The position numbers were made by a program, and so were the translations under genes. A stretch of DNA of 64,000 nucleotides from Bdellovibrionales bacterium (GTDB taxonomy: Bacteria; Bdellovibrionota; Bdellovibrionia; Bdellovibrionales; UBA1609). This document shows positions 25,483 through 35,937 of this stretch, one piece after another. The stretch's first letter is position 1. Every line of letters starts with the position of its first letter. Location of the stretch: contig OZ241877.1 of NCBI GenBank assembly GCA_965203095.1, forward strand, positions 960,001 to 1,024,000, in the 5' to 3' direction. The notes below the pieces were generated by a model. That model was not told the DNA's origin, made no database searches, and saw nothing but the letters and a program-made list of their open reading frames with translations.

Positions 25483-26862
25483 CTATTTCCCGATACAAAA
25501 ATCCTTAAAAATACGATCCAAAATTTGATCATCAATTTGTTGGCCTAAGATCTCATAAAGAGCTTGTAAACCTTGTCGTAATTCTAAAGCCATAAGATCT
25601 TTTTCCCTTTGGGCAGAGTTTAAAAGCTGAAAGCTGTTTTCTATAGATTTTTCCATTATTTTTAAGCCTTTATGGTGCCGGAAGTTGCTGATTAAAAAGC
25701 CCTCTGAGGGGAGTTTTCCTAAAGAAAGAATTTTCTTTCTTAAACGAGAGATTCCCTCTTTAGTAAGAGAGCTTACAAAAAATGCCTGATGTGCTGGAGG
25801 AAAATATCGGCCGGTTTTTTTTAAGCCTCTCAATAGCTCTTGAGCTGTAGCTTCTTTTTTTGCCAGATCTTTTTTAGTTAAAACAATTAAGGTTTTAGAA
25901 GGCTCAGTAAATAAAAACTCGGCCTCTTTTTCAATCTTTATATTTGAAGAGTCTATGAGGACCATTTTGTAATCACAGGAAAAAAACAAATCCCTAACTT
26001 TTTTTTGGCCCTTAAGCTCCCCTTCGCTTTGGCTAATACGGAAACCAGCACCGTCTTTTAAGTTAATGTTTAGCCCTTGGGGGTTTAAAAGTTGCCCTTC
26101 TATAATGTCTCTTGTGGTCCCCTCTTCTTTTGAGACAATCGCCTTATCTTCGTCTAAAAGGGCATTAAACAAAGAGGATTTTCCCACATTGACAGAACCA
26201 AAAATCCCAAAAACAAGCCCTTTTTGTAGGTTTTCAAAGGGTTGATATTTAGAAAGTAGATTTTTTATTTCTTGTTCCAATTCTTCAAGCTTTTCCTTTA
26301 TTTGTTTTTCATTCATTAAGCTCAGCCCTTCCATAGAAAAATCAATGTCAGCCTCTAAATGGCTTAAGAGGAAAAGCCATTTTTTTTCCAAAAGTCTTAG
26401 TTTTTTAGATAAAAGACCTTCTAACTGGAAAAAAGCCTGCCGGCGGGAGGCCTGGCTTTGGCTTTCTATAAATTGCAACAGTGCTTCGGCCTGAACCAGA
26501 TCCATTTTTCCATTAGAAAAGGCTCTTAAGGAGAACTCTCCTGGTTCTGCCGGACGAGCTCCGCTATCTATCAGAGCCTTTAAAACCTCTGTCCAAACAG
26601 CTCCACCGTGGCAAGATATCTCTAAGCTTTCTTCTCCAGTAAAAGATCGGCCTTTAGCAAAATAAGTGACTAAGGCCTGATCTAAAGGCTTCTGCTTTTT
26701 TTTTAAAATACCAAAGTAAGCCCGATGGCTTTCTGGTTTAGAGGGCAAAAAATGAGCTATTTTCCTGCTGATAGTTAAAGCTCTCGGCCCGCTGACACGA
26801 ATTAAAGAAATAGCCCCCCGGCCCTCTGCCGTGCAAAGGGCACAGATAGTTCCGCCCTTCAT
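25483..26862 (-). CDS. mnmE: tRNA modification GTPase
   Basis: SFTGE...EI.CHG, NVGKSSL, GTTRD, C-terminal FCIGK. Confidence 0.96.
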   Translation of the reverse strand: MKGGTICALCTAEGRGAISLIRVSGPRALTISRKIAHFLPSKPESHRAYFGILKKKQKPLDQALVTYFAKGRSFTGEESLEISCHGGAVWTEVLKALIDSGARPAEPGEFSLRAFSNGKMDLVQAEALLQFIESQSQASRRQAFFQLEGLLSKKLRLLEKKWLFLLSHLEADIDFSMEGLSLMNEKQIKEKLEELEQEIKNLLSKYQPFENLQKGLVFGIFGSVNVGKSSLFNALLDEDKAIVSKEEGTTRDIIEGQLLNPQGLNINLKDGAGFRISQSEGELKGQKKVRDLFFSCDYKMVLIDSSNIKIEKEAEFLFTEPSKTLIVLTKKDLAKKEATAQELLRGLKKTGRYFPPAHQAFFVSSLTKEGISRLRKKILSLGKLPSEGFLISNFRHHKGLKIMEKSIENSFQLLNSAQREKDLMALELRQGLQALYEILGQQIDDQILDRIFKDFCIGK

Positions 26863-27359
26863 CTCCCCTCTCTAAAGGTATCTGGGATCAGCTTCAAATT
26901 TTTATAAAAACCAGAACCAAAAGACTGGCTCACTACCCCAGTATTTCCAGAAACTTTCTCATGAATAAGCCGTCTTTGATATGGGGAAAGCAATTGTTTA
27001 AAAACCACTGGGCGATTGCTGTCTAAGGCTTTTTGAATGAGATGTTCTGTCAGGGACAGCAGTCGGTTCTCCTGCTCCTTCCAAAAACCAGAAGAATCCA
27101 CAAAAAGCCTCGGCTTTTCTCCAGGAAACTCTTTATAAAGGGCTTGTAAAAGATAGGTTTGAATAGCTAATAAAAGCTTGCCCTTTCGGGTTTTTAAAAG
27201 CCCCTCATCCTCTCCAAAAATATCCACTTTAAAAGCACTGCCTTTTTCTTTCTCCAACTGAAAAGACAGCAAAAAGCCCCCGCCCTCTAAAAGCTCTGAG
27301 AGAAGCTCTGAGAGAAGGCTTTTAACTGTTTTTTTTCTTCCACCAAACAGTTTTAACAT
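26859..27359 (-). CDS. jag: Jag/EloR-like KH-R3H RNA-binding protein
   Basis: RRLIH R3H motif, position between yidC and mnmE. Start taken at MLKLFGG. Confidence 0.75.
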   Translation of the reverse strand: MLKLFGGRKKTVKSLLSELLSELLEGGGFLLSFQLEKEKGSAFKVDIFGEDEGLLKTRKGKLLLAIQTYLLQALYKEFPGEKPRLFVDSSGFWKEQENRLLSLTEHLIQKALDSNRPVVFKQLLSPYQRRLIHEKVSGNTGVVSQSFGSGFYKNLKLIPDTFREGR

Positions 27360-28917
27360 TTTCTCCTCCTTTGAAATGGGATGCCCCCAGTTTAACAAAA
27401 CAAAACTGTTGTGCTAAGCCAAAAAGCCCGCTGACAAAAATATAAAGTGTCAAACCTGCTGGCAGACTAAGCATAAAAACAGAAAAAAGTAAAGGCAAAA
27501 AACTTAAAAGGCGAGCTTGCTCCTTAGGTAAATTCATTGGGGTTATTTTTTGCTGAACAAACAAAATCAAACCTCCTAAAATAGGAAGAACATAAAAGGG
27601 GTCTTTTAAGCTCAAATCTTTGATCCATAAAACAAAAGGTGATTGATAAAGTTCAATGCTCTCCCCTAACACACGATAGAGAGCAAAAAACACAGGAAAT
27701 TGAAGAAATAAAGGCAAGCAACCTCCAAAAGGATTGGCTTTGTGTTTTTTCATCATGGCCATAATCTCTGTATTCATTTTTTTTGGGTCTGATTTGTGTT
27801 TTTCCCTCAATTCTTTGATTTGGGGCTGTATTTTTTGCATGATTTTCATGGATTTATAGGATTTAAGGTTTATGGGAAGTAGCCCCAACCTTATAAAAAG
27901 GGTTAGTAAAATAATGGCTAAGCCCCAATTATGACTCCAGCTGTTGAGCCAAGTTAAAAACATTAAAAGAGGTCTGGCCAGCAAGCTAAAAAAACCAAAG
28001 TCTATCCATTGCCGAACAGGCCCTCCTAAACCCTGAAGATTTTTAAGTGATTTTGGGCCTAAAAAAGCTCTGTATTCTATCTTTTGTTCTTTCCCCAGGG
28101 AGGGGTTATAGTCCAGCCAAGCTACAGCCTGTTTTTGGTTTTTTGTAAAAGCAACAGAAGGAAAAAAATCCCCCTCAGCAATAAAAGCCTTGCCAAAATA
28201 TTTATCTCCTAAGCCGGCAACATTCAGATTGGAGTAAGATGGCTTTTCTTCAAGGTGCTTTTCCATCACCCTTTCTTTTTGCTTTCCTTCATAAGAAACA
28301 AAACCCTTGAGAGTTTTTTGCCCATAGATAAAAAACATGTTAAGAAGGTTGTCGTTGGCCTTTTCTGGCAAGGGATGAGAAAAAACCAACCTTGAGCCTG
28401 TTAAAGTCTTGTCTTCTGCCTGTATCTCTATTTTTCCAGATAGAACAAAAAGATCTTCATGAATGCGAAAGCTTTTTTTTACTGTTCCTTGAGGAGAGGA
28501 AAAAAGCCCCACAAAAAGCTCTCCTTGTTTCTCAATTTTAAAAGGGATGGCCTCCTTAGTTCCAGGGAAAAGAGAGGAAAATAGGGGGTTTTCCTGAGAG
28601 CGAAAGATTACTGGAGCTTTTTTTCTATCAAGATAGCCTTTTAATTTAAACTGTTGGATGCCAAAGCCTTTAGAGGAAAAAAGTATTTCTATCTTTTCCC
28701 CGTTAAACTTAAGGATTGTTTCTTTATATTTTTTAGGGCTTTTAAAAGCTTTTTTCTCTAAAATTTTATCTTGTTTTTGGGCTATCGGAGAAGGATCGGG
28801 GGGTGAGGTTGGGTATTTTTTCCTCATATAATAATCCCAACCAAACCATGATAAAACCAAAATACCAATGGCAACTAAGGTTTTTGTGTCTAAAAAATGC
28901 TCTTTTTCTTCCGGCAT
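27322..28917 (-). CDS. yidC: Membrane protein insertase
   Basis: NWGLAIILLT, GGCLP, DPFYVLP motifs; conserved synteny. Confidence 0.95.
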   Translation of the reverse strand: MPEEKEHFLDTKTLVAIGILVLSWFGWDYYMRKKYPTSPPDPSPIAQKQDKILEKKAFKSPKKYKETILKFNGEKIEILFSSKGFGIQQFKLKGYLDRKKAPVIFRSQENPLFSSLFPGTKEAIPFKIEKQGELFVGLFSSPQGTVKKSFRIHEDLFVLSGKIEIQAEDKTLTGSRLVFSHPLPEKANDNLLNMFFIYGQKTLKGFVSYEGKQKERVMEKHLEEKPSYSNLNVAGLGDKYFGKAFIAEGDFFPSVAFTKNQKQAVAWLDYNPSLGKEQKIEYRAFLGPKSLKNLQGLGGPVRQWIDFGFFSLLARPLLMFLTWLNSWSHNWGLAIILLTLFIRLGLLPINLKSYKSMKIMQKIQPQIKELREKHKSDPKKMNTEIMAMMKKHKANPFGGCLPLFLQFPVFFALYRVLGESIELYQSPFVLWIKDLSLKDPFYVLPILGGLILFVQQKITPMNLPKEQARLLSFLPLLFSVFMLSLPAGLTLYIFVSGLFGLAQQFCFVKLGASHFKGGENVKTVWWKKKNS

Positions 28918-28922
28918 ACTTT

Positions 28923-29210
28923 TTACCTTTTTTTAAGCTCCCACAATTCTTTTTCATCTCGAATTTTAGGCCCAAAAGGGTGACAGGCTAAAATCCTCTT
29001 AAAAGTTAAGGCTGTGGCTTTTAAAAAAGGATAGTTTTTATAAACCAGCTCAGCATATTCACTACAGGAAGGATAAAACCTACAAGCCCCTCCACAAGCT
29101 AAAAAAGTTGAGAGAAAAAGCCTATAAAAAGAAATCAAAAAAAGGGCGGTCATAGAGCTAAAAAACTTAAGCCTTTGAATGAATTTTTTCCAAAATGAAC
29201 TGAAAAACAT
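28923..29210 (-). CDS. yidD: Membrane protein insertion efficiency factor
   Basis: CRFYPSCSEY...RILACHP. Confidence 0.9.
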   Translation of the reverse strand: MFFSSFWKKFIQRLKFFSSMTALFLISFYRLFLSTFLACGGACRFYPSCSEYAELVYKNYPFLKATALTFKRILACHPFGPKIRDEKELWELKKR

Positions 29211-29517
29211 GATTAAAATCCTTTCTTTTGAGTTTTTTATAAAATAATTGATCCTTTTGAAGAAAAACCATTAAAATAAGCCCTTTTAATGAGCTTTGCC
29301 TTAAAAGCTCTCGCCCCCATCTTTTTAATCTGTTTCTGACTACAGCAGAGGGAATATGTTTTTTTGATAGGCTCCATGCCACCTTAAGTGGCCCACCAGC
29401 CCCCCTTTTTACATAAAAAAAAGCTTTCAACCATTGATAGGAAAGAGGACAGCCATATTTTTTCAGCTGGTCAAAATCTTTTTTTTGGCAAAGAGTTCGT
29501 AATTTACTTTTTTCCAA
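29167..29517 (-). CDS. rnpA: Ribonuclease P protein component
   Basis: SKK...AVVRNRLKR motif; conserved synteny. Confidence 0.88.
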   Translation of the reverse strand: MEKSKLRTLCQKKDFDQLKKYGCPLSYQWLKAFFYVKRGAGGPLKVAWSLSKKHIPSAVVRNRLKRWGRELLRQSSLKGLILMVFLQKDQLFYKKLKRKDFNHVFQFILEKIHSKA

Positions 29518-29653
29518 CAGAAACCACCAGTTTTTGCCTTCCCTTTCTCCTCCGGCGAGCCAAAAGCTTTTTGCCTGCTTGCGTCAAGCTTCTTTTTCTA
29601 AAGCCATGGCTGTTTTTTCTCTTGCGTGCACTGGGCTGATAGGTTCTTTTCAT
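29504..29653 (-). CDS. rpmH: 50S ribosomal protein L34
   Basis: Manual translation [49 protein letters not shown]. Confidence 0.95.
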   Translation of the reverse strand: MKRTYQPSARKRKNSHGFRKRSLTQAGKKLLARRRRKGRQKLVVSVGKK

Positions 29654-29802
29654 AAAGCCTCTTTTCCTTTTTTGTGGTTTTGACGCATGATAAAAACAAT
29701 TTTTTCTCTTTCCGTCAAGCTTTAAACTGTGCTAAAAGCTTTAAAATAATAAAGATGCCCTGTTTCCTTTTTAAAAATTAAAAGCCATGTTATGGAGGCC
29801 CT

Positions 29803-31149
29803 TTGAAAGCTGAAACCAACCTTTTTTGGCAAAATTTCAAAACTTTCTTTCTGAAGGAAAATAAAAAGTCGAGTTTACATAAAATTTGGCTGGAATCCAT
29901 TACTTCTTTAGAGCCGGAGAAAAAAAAAGAAGGTTTCCTTTTCACATTACAGGCTCCTTCTAAATTACATGAAAAATGGTTAAAAGAGCAAGTTTTAACT
30001 GATTTCTATAAATATATTCATCAATTTTATAAAAACAAATGCAAAGTGGTTTTAGAGGTGGCGCCTCAGCTCCCCTCTCCTAAGAAAAACCCAGATAAAA
30101 AAATCTCCTTTACTTCCAAAACACAAGGGCTTTTTTTTAACTCTAACTATACTTTTAAAAATTTTGTTGTGGGGAAAAACAACAAGTTAGCTTATGGAGC
30201 CAGCTTCTCCATTACCCAACACAAAAAAGCTAATGAAAATTGCAATCCTTTGTTTATTTATAGCCCTTCAGGCTTAGGGAAAACACATCTTCTTAACGCT
30301 ATTGGCCAACAACGGCTAAAAAAACACCCACAAAATAAAGTTATTTACCTGTCTACAGAGCGATTTTTAAACGAATATATTAACTCCCTTCAAAATAAGC
30401 GAATGAATATCTTTAGAAAAAAATTTAGAACTAACTGTGACCTGCTTTTAATGGACGATATACAAATTATTGCCAAAGGAAGAGGGGTCCAAGAAGAGTT
30501 TTTTCATACATTTAATGAGCTTTACAATCAAAAAAGTCAAATAGTGATTTGTTGTGATCAAAGGCCTGGTGCTGTGGCTTTTTTAGAAGAAAGAATCCGA
30601 ACTCGTTTAGAGGGAGGGCTTATCGCCGATATATCTTATCCTGATAGGGAAACTCGTATAGCTATATTGAAACAAAAAACAACTCAAAGAGGCTTATTTC
30701 TATCCCCACAAAGTTTAGAGCAAATTGCCCAAACTTGCCAAAAATCCATAAGAGAAATGGAAGGGGTTTTAAATAAAATCAAAATGATGACTGAGCTTCA
30801 TGGTGGGGGGCTTTCTTTAAAGGAAATTGAAAATATTTTGAGCGGGATTCAAAAAGAGCTAACTGTGGAAGAAATTCAGAAAAAAACGGTCCATGCTTTT
30901 CATATCTCTATAGAAAATTTAAAATCCCCTTCCAGAAAAAAGCATATTGTTCGTGCAAGACAAACCGCTATGTTTCTTATCCGAAAATTCCTTAAAAAAT
31001 CCTTAAATGATATAAGTTTATCTTTTGGAAAAAAAGACCACACTACAGTTTTAAACTCTATAAAAAAAATAGAAAAACTTAAAACGCAGGACAGTTCGTT
31101 TAAAAAACTGTTGGAAGATCTGGAAAGAGAAATAGCACCTGAGCTTTAA
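29803..31149 (+). CDS. dnaA: Chromosomal replication initiator
   Basis: YTFKNFVVG, SGLGKTHL, QEEFFHTFN, DHTTV. Confidence 0.97.
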   Translation: MKAETNLFWQNFKTFFLKENKKSSLHKIWLESITSLEPEKKKEGFLFTLQAPSKLHEKWLKEQVLTDFYKYIHQFYKNKCKVVLEVAPQLPSPKKNPDKKISFTSKTQGLFFNSNYTFKNFVVGKNNKLAYGASFSITQHKKANENCNPLFIYSPSGLGKTHLLNAIGQQRLKKHPQNKVIYLSTERFLNEYINSLQNKRMNIFRKKFRTNCDLLLMDDIQIIAKGRGVQEEFFHTFNELYNQKSQIVICCDQRPGAVAFLEERIRTRLEGGLIADISYPDRETRIAILKQKTTQRGLFLSPQSLEQIAQTCQKSIREMEGVLNKIKMMTELHGGGLSLKEIENILSGIQKELTVEEIQKKTVHAFHISIENLKSPSRKKHIVRARQTAMFLIRKFLKKSLNDISLSFGKKDHTTVLNSIKKIEKLKTQDSSFKKLLEDLEREIAPEL

Positions 31150-31434
31150 ATTATAAAAAATCTGATTGTTTTATTAGTTTTCCTTATATTCCACAAAATT
31201 ATGTGAAAAGAATGGGGAAAACTAAATTTTAAAGGATTTTATGTTTTTATGGGTAAAAATTAAATAAAATTGTGGATAAAAAAAGCTATTTTAAAGGCTT
31301 TTTTCAAGCTTTTCCACAAAAAACACAGGTTTACTACTGATATATTTTTAAAAAGAAAGTATAAGAAAAGCTTGAAAAATAAGAAAAACCAATATAAGGC
31401 TTTTAAAAAACGAAGAAAATAAGGAGGTCAAAAA
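31150..31434. other. oriC: Replication origin (oriC) in the dnaA-dnaN intergenic region
   Basis: AT-rich. DnaA boxes TGTGGATAA (31271-31279), TTTTCCACA (31310-31318), TATTCCACA (31187-31195). TACTAC trio-like stretch near 31332. Confidence 0.82.
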
Positions 31435-32550
31435 ATGCATATTCAGGTAAAAAAGGAGAACATATTTCCCATTTTATCTCAAATTCAAGGTATATTAGAA
31501 AAGCGATCCACTCTCCCTATTTTTGTCAATGTTCTTATTAAAACCCAAGCTGATAAAATTTCTATTTATGCCTCAGATTCAGAGTTGAGTTTTTCTGCCG
31601 ACTTTCCGGGAAAAATAGAAAAGTCGGGTGAGCTTACAGTTAACGGGAAGAAACTGTTTGAAATTGTTAGAGAATTGGAATCATCAGATTTTGAGTTAAG
31701 TTCGGAGAAAAATTATCAAGTAAAACTTAAACAAAACCAATCTTTATTTAAAATACATGGCTTAAATCCAAAGGATTTTCCTGCATTTCCTCCATTAAAA
31801 CAAGAAAAAACACAAAAACTCCCTGTTAAAGATATTTTAGAAGTAATTGATAAAACTCTTTACTGTGTGAGTTTAGATGAATCCCGATACCATCTGACAG
31901 GAGTTTTTTTAGATCAGGTGGGGGGTTCTAAATACCGCTTTGTGGCTACCGATGGTCATCGTATGAGTTTTGTGGATATCCCTGGAGAAAAAAACGATAA
32001 CCTTAAAGAAGGAGGGATTATCATTCCTCGAAAAGGTCTTCAAGAGGTAAAAAAAATGCTGGCAGGGGCTGAAGATAAAGAAAAATTAGAAGTTTCTATT
32101 GAAAAACCCAGAATACTCTTTAAATTCAAGAATCAGATGATCAATATTCGCTTGATTGAGGGGAAATATCCTGAATATAAAAAACTTTTGCCTAAAAAAC
32201 AGGAAAAAGAAATACTTATATCCACAAAGGATTTTCTATCTTCTTTAAAAAGAATCTCTGTTTTAACAAGTGCTCGATTTAAAGGTGTAAAATTCACTTT
32301 TAAAGATAATTTATTGAATATTCATTTTTCTCATCCCGATGGGGGGGATGAGGCTAAGGAACAGTTGGTTTGCAAATATGAAGGAAAAGAACTGGAAATT
32401 CGTTTTAATTCCAAATACATTTTAGATATTTTACATTCTATTTATGAAGAGGAGTTAAAAATTATCTTAAAGAACAGTGTTTCACCAGGGCTTATTCAAC
32501 CAAAAAACAAAAACAATTACACTTGTTTAGTGATGCCAATGAAGCTTTAA
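31435..32550 (+). CDS. dnaN: DNA polymerase III beta clamp
   Basis: VATDGHR, IIPRKG, RLIEG.YP.Y, VMPM. Confidence 0.97.
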   Translation: MHIQVKKENIFPILSQIQGILEKRSTLPIFVNVLIKTQADKISIYASDSELSFSADFPGKIEKSGELTVNGKKLFEIVRELESSDFELSSEKNYQVKLKQNQSLFKIHGLNPKDFPAFPPLKQEKTQKLPVKDILEVIDKTLYCVSLDESRYHLTGVFLDQVGGSKYRFVATDGHRMSFVDIPGEKNDNLKEGGIIIPRKGLQEVKKMLAGAEDKEKLEVSIEKPRILFKFKNQMINIRLIEGKYPEYKKLLPKKQEKEILISTKDFLSSLKRISVLTSARFKGVKFTFKDNLLNIHFSHPDGGDEAKEQLVCKYEGKELEIRFNSKYILDILHSIYEEELKIILKNSVSPGLIQPKNKNNYTCLVMPMKL

Positions 32551-32580
32551 TTTAAAATAAGCAAAAAATAAACAAACTTA

Positions 32581-33597
32581 CTATTTAAAATCAATCCTTG
32601 GATCTATAACAATATAAGCAAAATCACTTACAATTCGTCCTAAAACAAAAATAAAGGATTGAATAAATATCAAAGCCATAATTACATTATAATCTCTGGC
32701 TATAGCAGAGTTAAAAGCCAAAAGCCCAATCCCATTGATATTAAAAATTTTTTCTATAATTAAAGCTCCAGCCAAAAAAATCCCAAAAATACTACCTAAG
32801 CCTGTAGCTAAAGGAACTAAAGCATTTCTTAAAGCATGTTTATATATTACAACTTTTTGCGATAGCCCCTTAGCACGAGCTGTTTTAATGTAATCTTTAC
32901 CAATTTCCTCTAAAAGATTGTTTTTCATAAACTGTGTGAGAATGGTAAAAGCCCCTACAATATAACACAACATGGGCAATATAAAATGATGCAAACGATC
33001 TCCTATTCGCCCCCAGAAGCCTTTTTCAAAATACATATCAGAAAATAAATCACCAACAGGAAACCAATCCCATCGCCCCGCTAAAAAAACTTTGAGCAAT
33101 ATACCCAACATAAGAGGTGGGATAGAGTAAAGAATAATAAGAACAGTGCTGGCACCAACATCAAAAGCACTGGATTTTTTAACTGCCATGCTGACACCTA
33201 AGACAATACAGATTAAATAAGTGAGCAACAAGGATATAAAACCAAATTGCAGGCTAATCGGCACCCTTTCTAAAATGAGATGGACCACTGGTTCTTCATA
33301 GATAAAGCTATCTCCAAAATCTAAAGTGATGGCGTTTTTAAGCCATATCAAATATTGAATAGGGAGGGGTTTATCAAAGCCATACTGTTTTTTTAAAGCG
33401 GAAATGGCCTCCATAGAGATTCCATAATGGCTTGCAGAATTATTATCTTCTTCTACTCCTCCAGCAAATTTTATTTGAGCCAGTTTTTGCTCAATAGGCC
33501 CGCCCGGTGCGGTCATAGTTATAATAAAACAAGCCAAGGTGACACCAAACAATGTGGGCACAATTAAAAGCAATCTCTGGATAAAGTATTTGAACAT
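32581..33597 (-). CDS. Peptide ABC transporter permease (YejB/OppB-like)
   Basis: APGGP, YGFDKP, DYIKTARAKGL EAA loop, DPRI end. Confidence 0.9.
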   Translation of the reverse strand: MFKYFIQRLLLIVPTLFGVTLACFIITMTAPGGPIEQKLAQIKFAGGVEEDNNSASHYGISMEAISALKKQYGFDKPLPIQYLIWLKNAITLDFGDSFIYEEPVVHLILERVPISLQFGFISLLLTYLICIVLGVSMAVKKSSAFDVGASTVLIILYSIPPLMLGILLKVFLAGRWDWFPVGDLFSDMYFEKGFWGRIGDRLHHFILPMLCYIVGAFTILTQFMKNNLLEEIGKDYIKTARAKGLSQKVVIYKHALRNALVPLATGLGSIFGIFLAGALIIEKIFNINGIGLLAFNSAIARDYNVIMALIFIQSFIFVLGRIVSDFAYIVIDPRIDFK

Positions 33598-33624
33598 CTG
33601 AAAAATTAAAGTTTTATGAAATAT

Positions 33625-34809
33625 TTATTTATAAAGCAAAAAATCTTTTCTCTCCTTTTTCCACAAGCCTTCCTCATGTGAAAGGAACTCATCCCACTCT
33701 TTATTAGTGAAGTCGCTTTCTACCCAGTTTTTTAATTCTTTTCCTCCACTAATAATATCAATAGGATCTTTTTTTTGTTCATATTCATAAGGAGGATCTG
33801 TTTTCCAAGAAAGAGAGGGATAAAACCTCTTAAAAGCCTTTAAAAAAAGGCTTATTAGACGATAAGGCCGAAAAAGACCCAAACTCGCCCATGGCCCTTC
33901 TGTATGAATTTGAAAACCAATACATTGCCTTTTCTTAAATTTATCAAAAAAAGGCTCAAAGGCCATCTCCCTTAAAAAACAACCCTCTAAAAATGAAGGG
34001 GATTGATCTTGCATGAATTGTTTAATTTTAGCTCCTTCAATAATGGGATGTCCAAAAAGCTCAAAGGGCTTGACTGTCCCTCGGCCCTCAGAAATGACAG
34101 TCCCCTCTAATAACACTGTCCCAGGGTAGCATTGGGCACAAGATAAACTGCTCATATTAGGGCTGGGAAGAGCCCAAGGTTCACCGGGTTTCCAAGGTTT
34201 TTGAGCTTTGTAATTTTTCATAGGGATCACTTGCAAATTGGTTTTTAAACTTTTCTTGTTTTTATGCCAGAGGGCCAGCTCCCCTAAGGTTAAACCATGC
34301 CTCATAGGAAGGGGTCCGGCCCCCACAAAGCTTTCAAAGCCTTTTCTTAAAATACTCCCCTCCACAACACGCCCCAAGGGGTTGGGGCGATCTAAAACAA
34401 TAATAGTTTTGTTTGTTTTTTCGCAATCCTCTATCAAGTAAAACAAGGTGCTCAGGTAAGTATAAACTCTTGTGCCCACATCTTGAAGATCAAAAAGTAA
34501 GACATCAAAAGAATTTTTCATCTCCTTATTTAATCTTCTGGTTTTTTCAGAATAAAGACTGTAAAGCTTTAAGCCTTTGTAAGAGCTGTTTTTTGTTGCT
34601 ATCATATTGGCTTGCTTGGTGGAAAAAAGGCCATGTTGAGGGCTAAAAAGAGAGCTTAAGACTATCTCTTTTTGCTTTAACAAGTGGGACAAGATCCATT
34701 GGCCCTTTTGATCTGTGCTGGCAGAATGCCCTAAATAGGCCACTTTTTTATTTTTTAAGCCTTTTTTCCATTGAGAATGGCTTAATAAAACCTCAGCACC
34801 AGTGAGCAT
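33625..34809 (-). CDS. DUF1343 / NamZ-like exo-beta-N-acetylmuramidase
   Basis: PQHG, DLQDVGTR.YTY, LDRPNP, PSPNM, SEGRGT. Confidence 0.88.
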   Translation of the reverse strand: MLTGAEVLLSHSQWKKGLKNKKVAYLGHSASTDQKGQWILSHLLKQKEIVLSSLFSPQHGLFSTKQANMIATKNSSYKGLKLYSLYSEKTRRLNKEMKNSFDVLLFDLQDVGTRVYTYLSTLFYLIEDCEKTNKTIIVLDRPNPLGRVVEGSILRKGFESFVGAGPLPMRHGLTLGELALWHKNKKSLKTNLQVIPMKNYKAQKPWKPGEPWALPSPNMSSLSCAQCYPGTVLLEGTVISEGRGTVKPFELFGHPIIEGAKIKQFMQDQSPSFLEGCFLREMAFEPFFDKFKKRQCIGFQIHTEGPWASLGLFRPYRLISLFLKAFKRFYPSLSWKTDPPYEYEQKKDPIDIISGGKELKNWVESDFTNKEWDEFLSHEEGLWKKERKDFLLYK

Positions 34810-34944
34810 GGGGCTGATTATAACAGCCTAAAACCTCCCTTTCAAGCCTGTCTCTGTTTAAAAAAAGAGTCCAACTTTTTGCTTGACCCCTTTTCTTTTT
34901 CTATAATAAATAATAAAACTTAAGTTCATAAAAAAGGAGGCTTT

Positions 34945-35316
34945 ATGAAAAAAACAATTTATGGCTTGGCTGTTTTAATGTTGGCCTTAAGCCTTTTCTC
35001 TTGTGGAGACAGTAAGAAAAACGGAACCAGCGATCCAGAAAAGGAACCTGACGCGAGCCCAACAGCAGAGGAGCCTAAGGAGTCGGTTGCCTCACAAGTA
35101 AAAATTTTCTGCTCCTGCCAATATAGAATAAAAAAAACTGTTGGTGGAAGAGGTGCAAGCCCTGTCTCTCAAACAGCCCTTTCGGTTTCAGGAGAGGGAG
35201 CTGATGAGGAAACAGCAGAGAAATCCGCTTTAGACAAATGCCGTGCCTTGGTTAAAGAACGGTTTAAAAACGACTCAGGCTTTGTGACGGGTTGTTCTGT
35301 TCCAGAAGAGGAATAA
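34945..35316 (+). CDS. Lipoprotein
   Basis: AGGAGG RBS, LSLFSC lipobox. Confidence 0.78.
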   Translation: MKKTIYGLAVLMLALSLFSCGDSKKNGTSDPEKEPDASPTAEEPKESVASQVKIFCSCQYRIKKTVGGRGASPVSQTALSVSGEGADEETAEKSALDKCRALVKERFKNDSGFVTGCSVPEEE

Positions 35317-35814
35317 TTAAAGAAGGTCTTTTAAGTTTTTGTTGGATTTTAAAGATCTGATCTTTTGCTTTTTTTGAAACTGCTGAAGTTTTTTTCTAAG
35401 CAAAGGGTCTTGAATAGAGAGGATTCGAAGGGCTAAAAGCCCAGCATTGTAACTGTTGTCTATGGCCACAGTGGCTACAGGGACCCCCTTAGGCATTTGT
35501 GCTATAGACAGAAGAGAGTCCAGGCCTTTTAAGTTTTTTAAAGAGATAGGAACTCCAATCACTGGCAGAACTGTAAATGAGGCTATCATTCCCGGCAAGT
35601 GAGCGGCTCCTCCGGCCCCGGCAACAATCACCTGAATCCCACGATCCATAGCAGAAAGCGAGTATTCCCGCATAAAATCGGGCGTTCTATGAGCTGAAGC
35701 CACCCGCACCTCTACAGGCTCTTTCCAATCTTGAAACAGCTTGATGGCGGATTGCAGGACCTTCAAATCGGAAGGACTTCCCATCACTACAGATAATCTT
35801 TGTTTTTTAGGCAT
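35317..35814 (-). CDS. purE: N5-carboxyaminoimidazole ribonucleotide mutase
   Basis: [32 protein letters not shown]. Confidence 0.96.
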   Translation of the reverse strand: MPKKQRLSVVMGSPSDLKVLQSAIKLFQDWKEPVEVRVASAHRTPDFMREYSLSAMDRGIQVIVAGAGGAAHLPGMIASFTVLPVIGVPISLKNLKGLDSLLSIAQMPKGVPVATVAIDNSYNAGLLALRILSIQDPLLRKKLQQFQKKQKIRSLKSNKNLKDLL

Positions 35815-35937
35815 ACTTATATATTTGAATATTTACTTTAAAATTTCAATGTATTTATCCTGAAAAAGCTTTTATAATATTATGGTCACTTATGAAAAAG
35901 CGAGGAGCGGAAATAACCGGCCTAAAAGAGGGATAAA

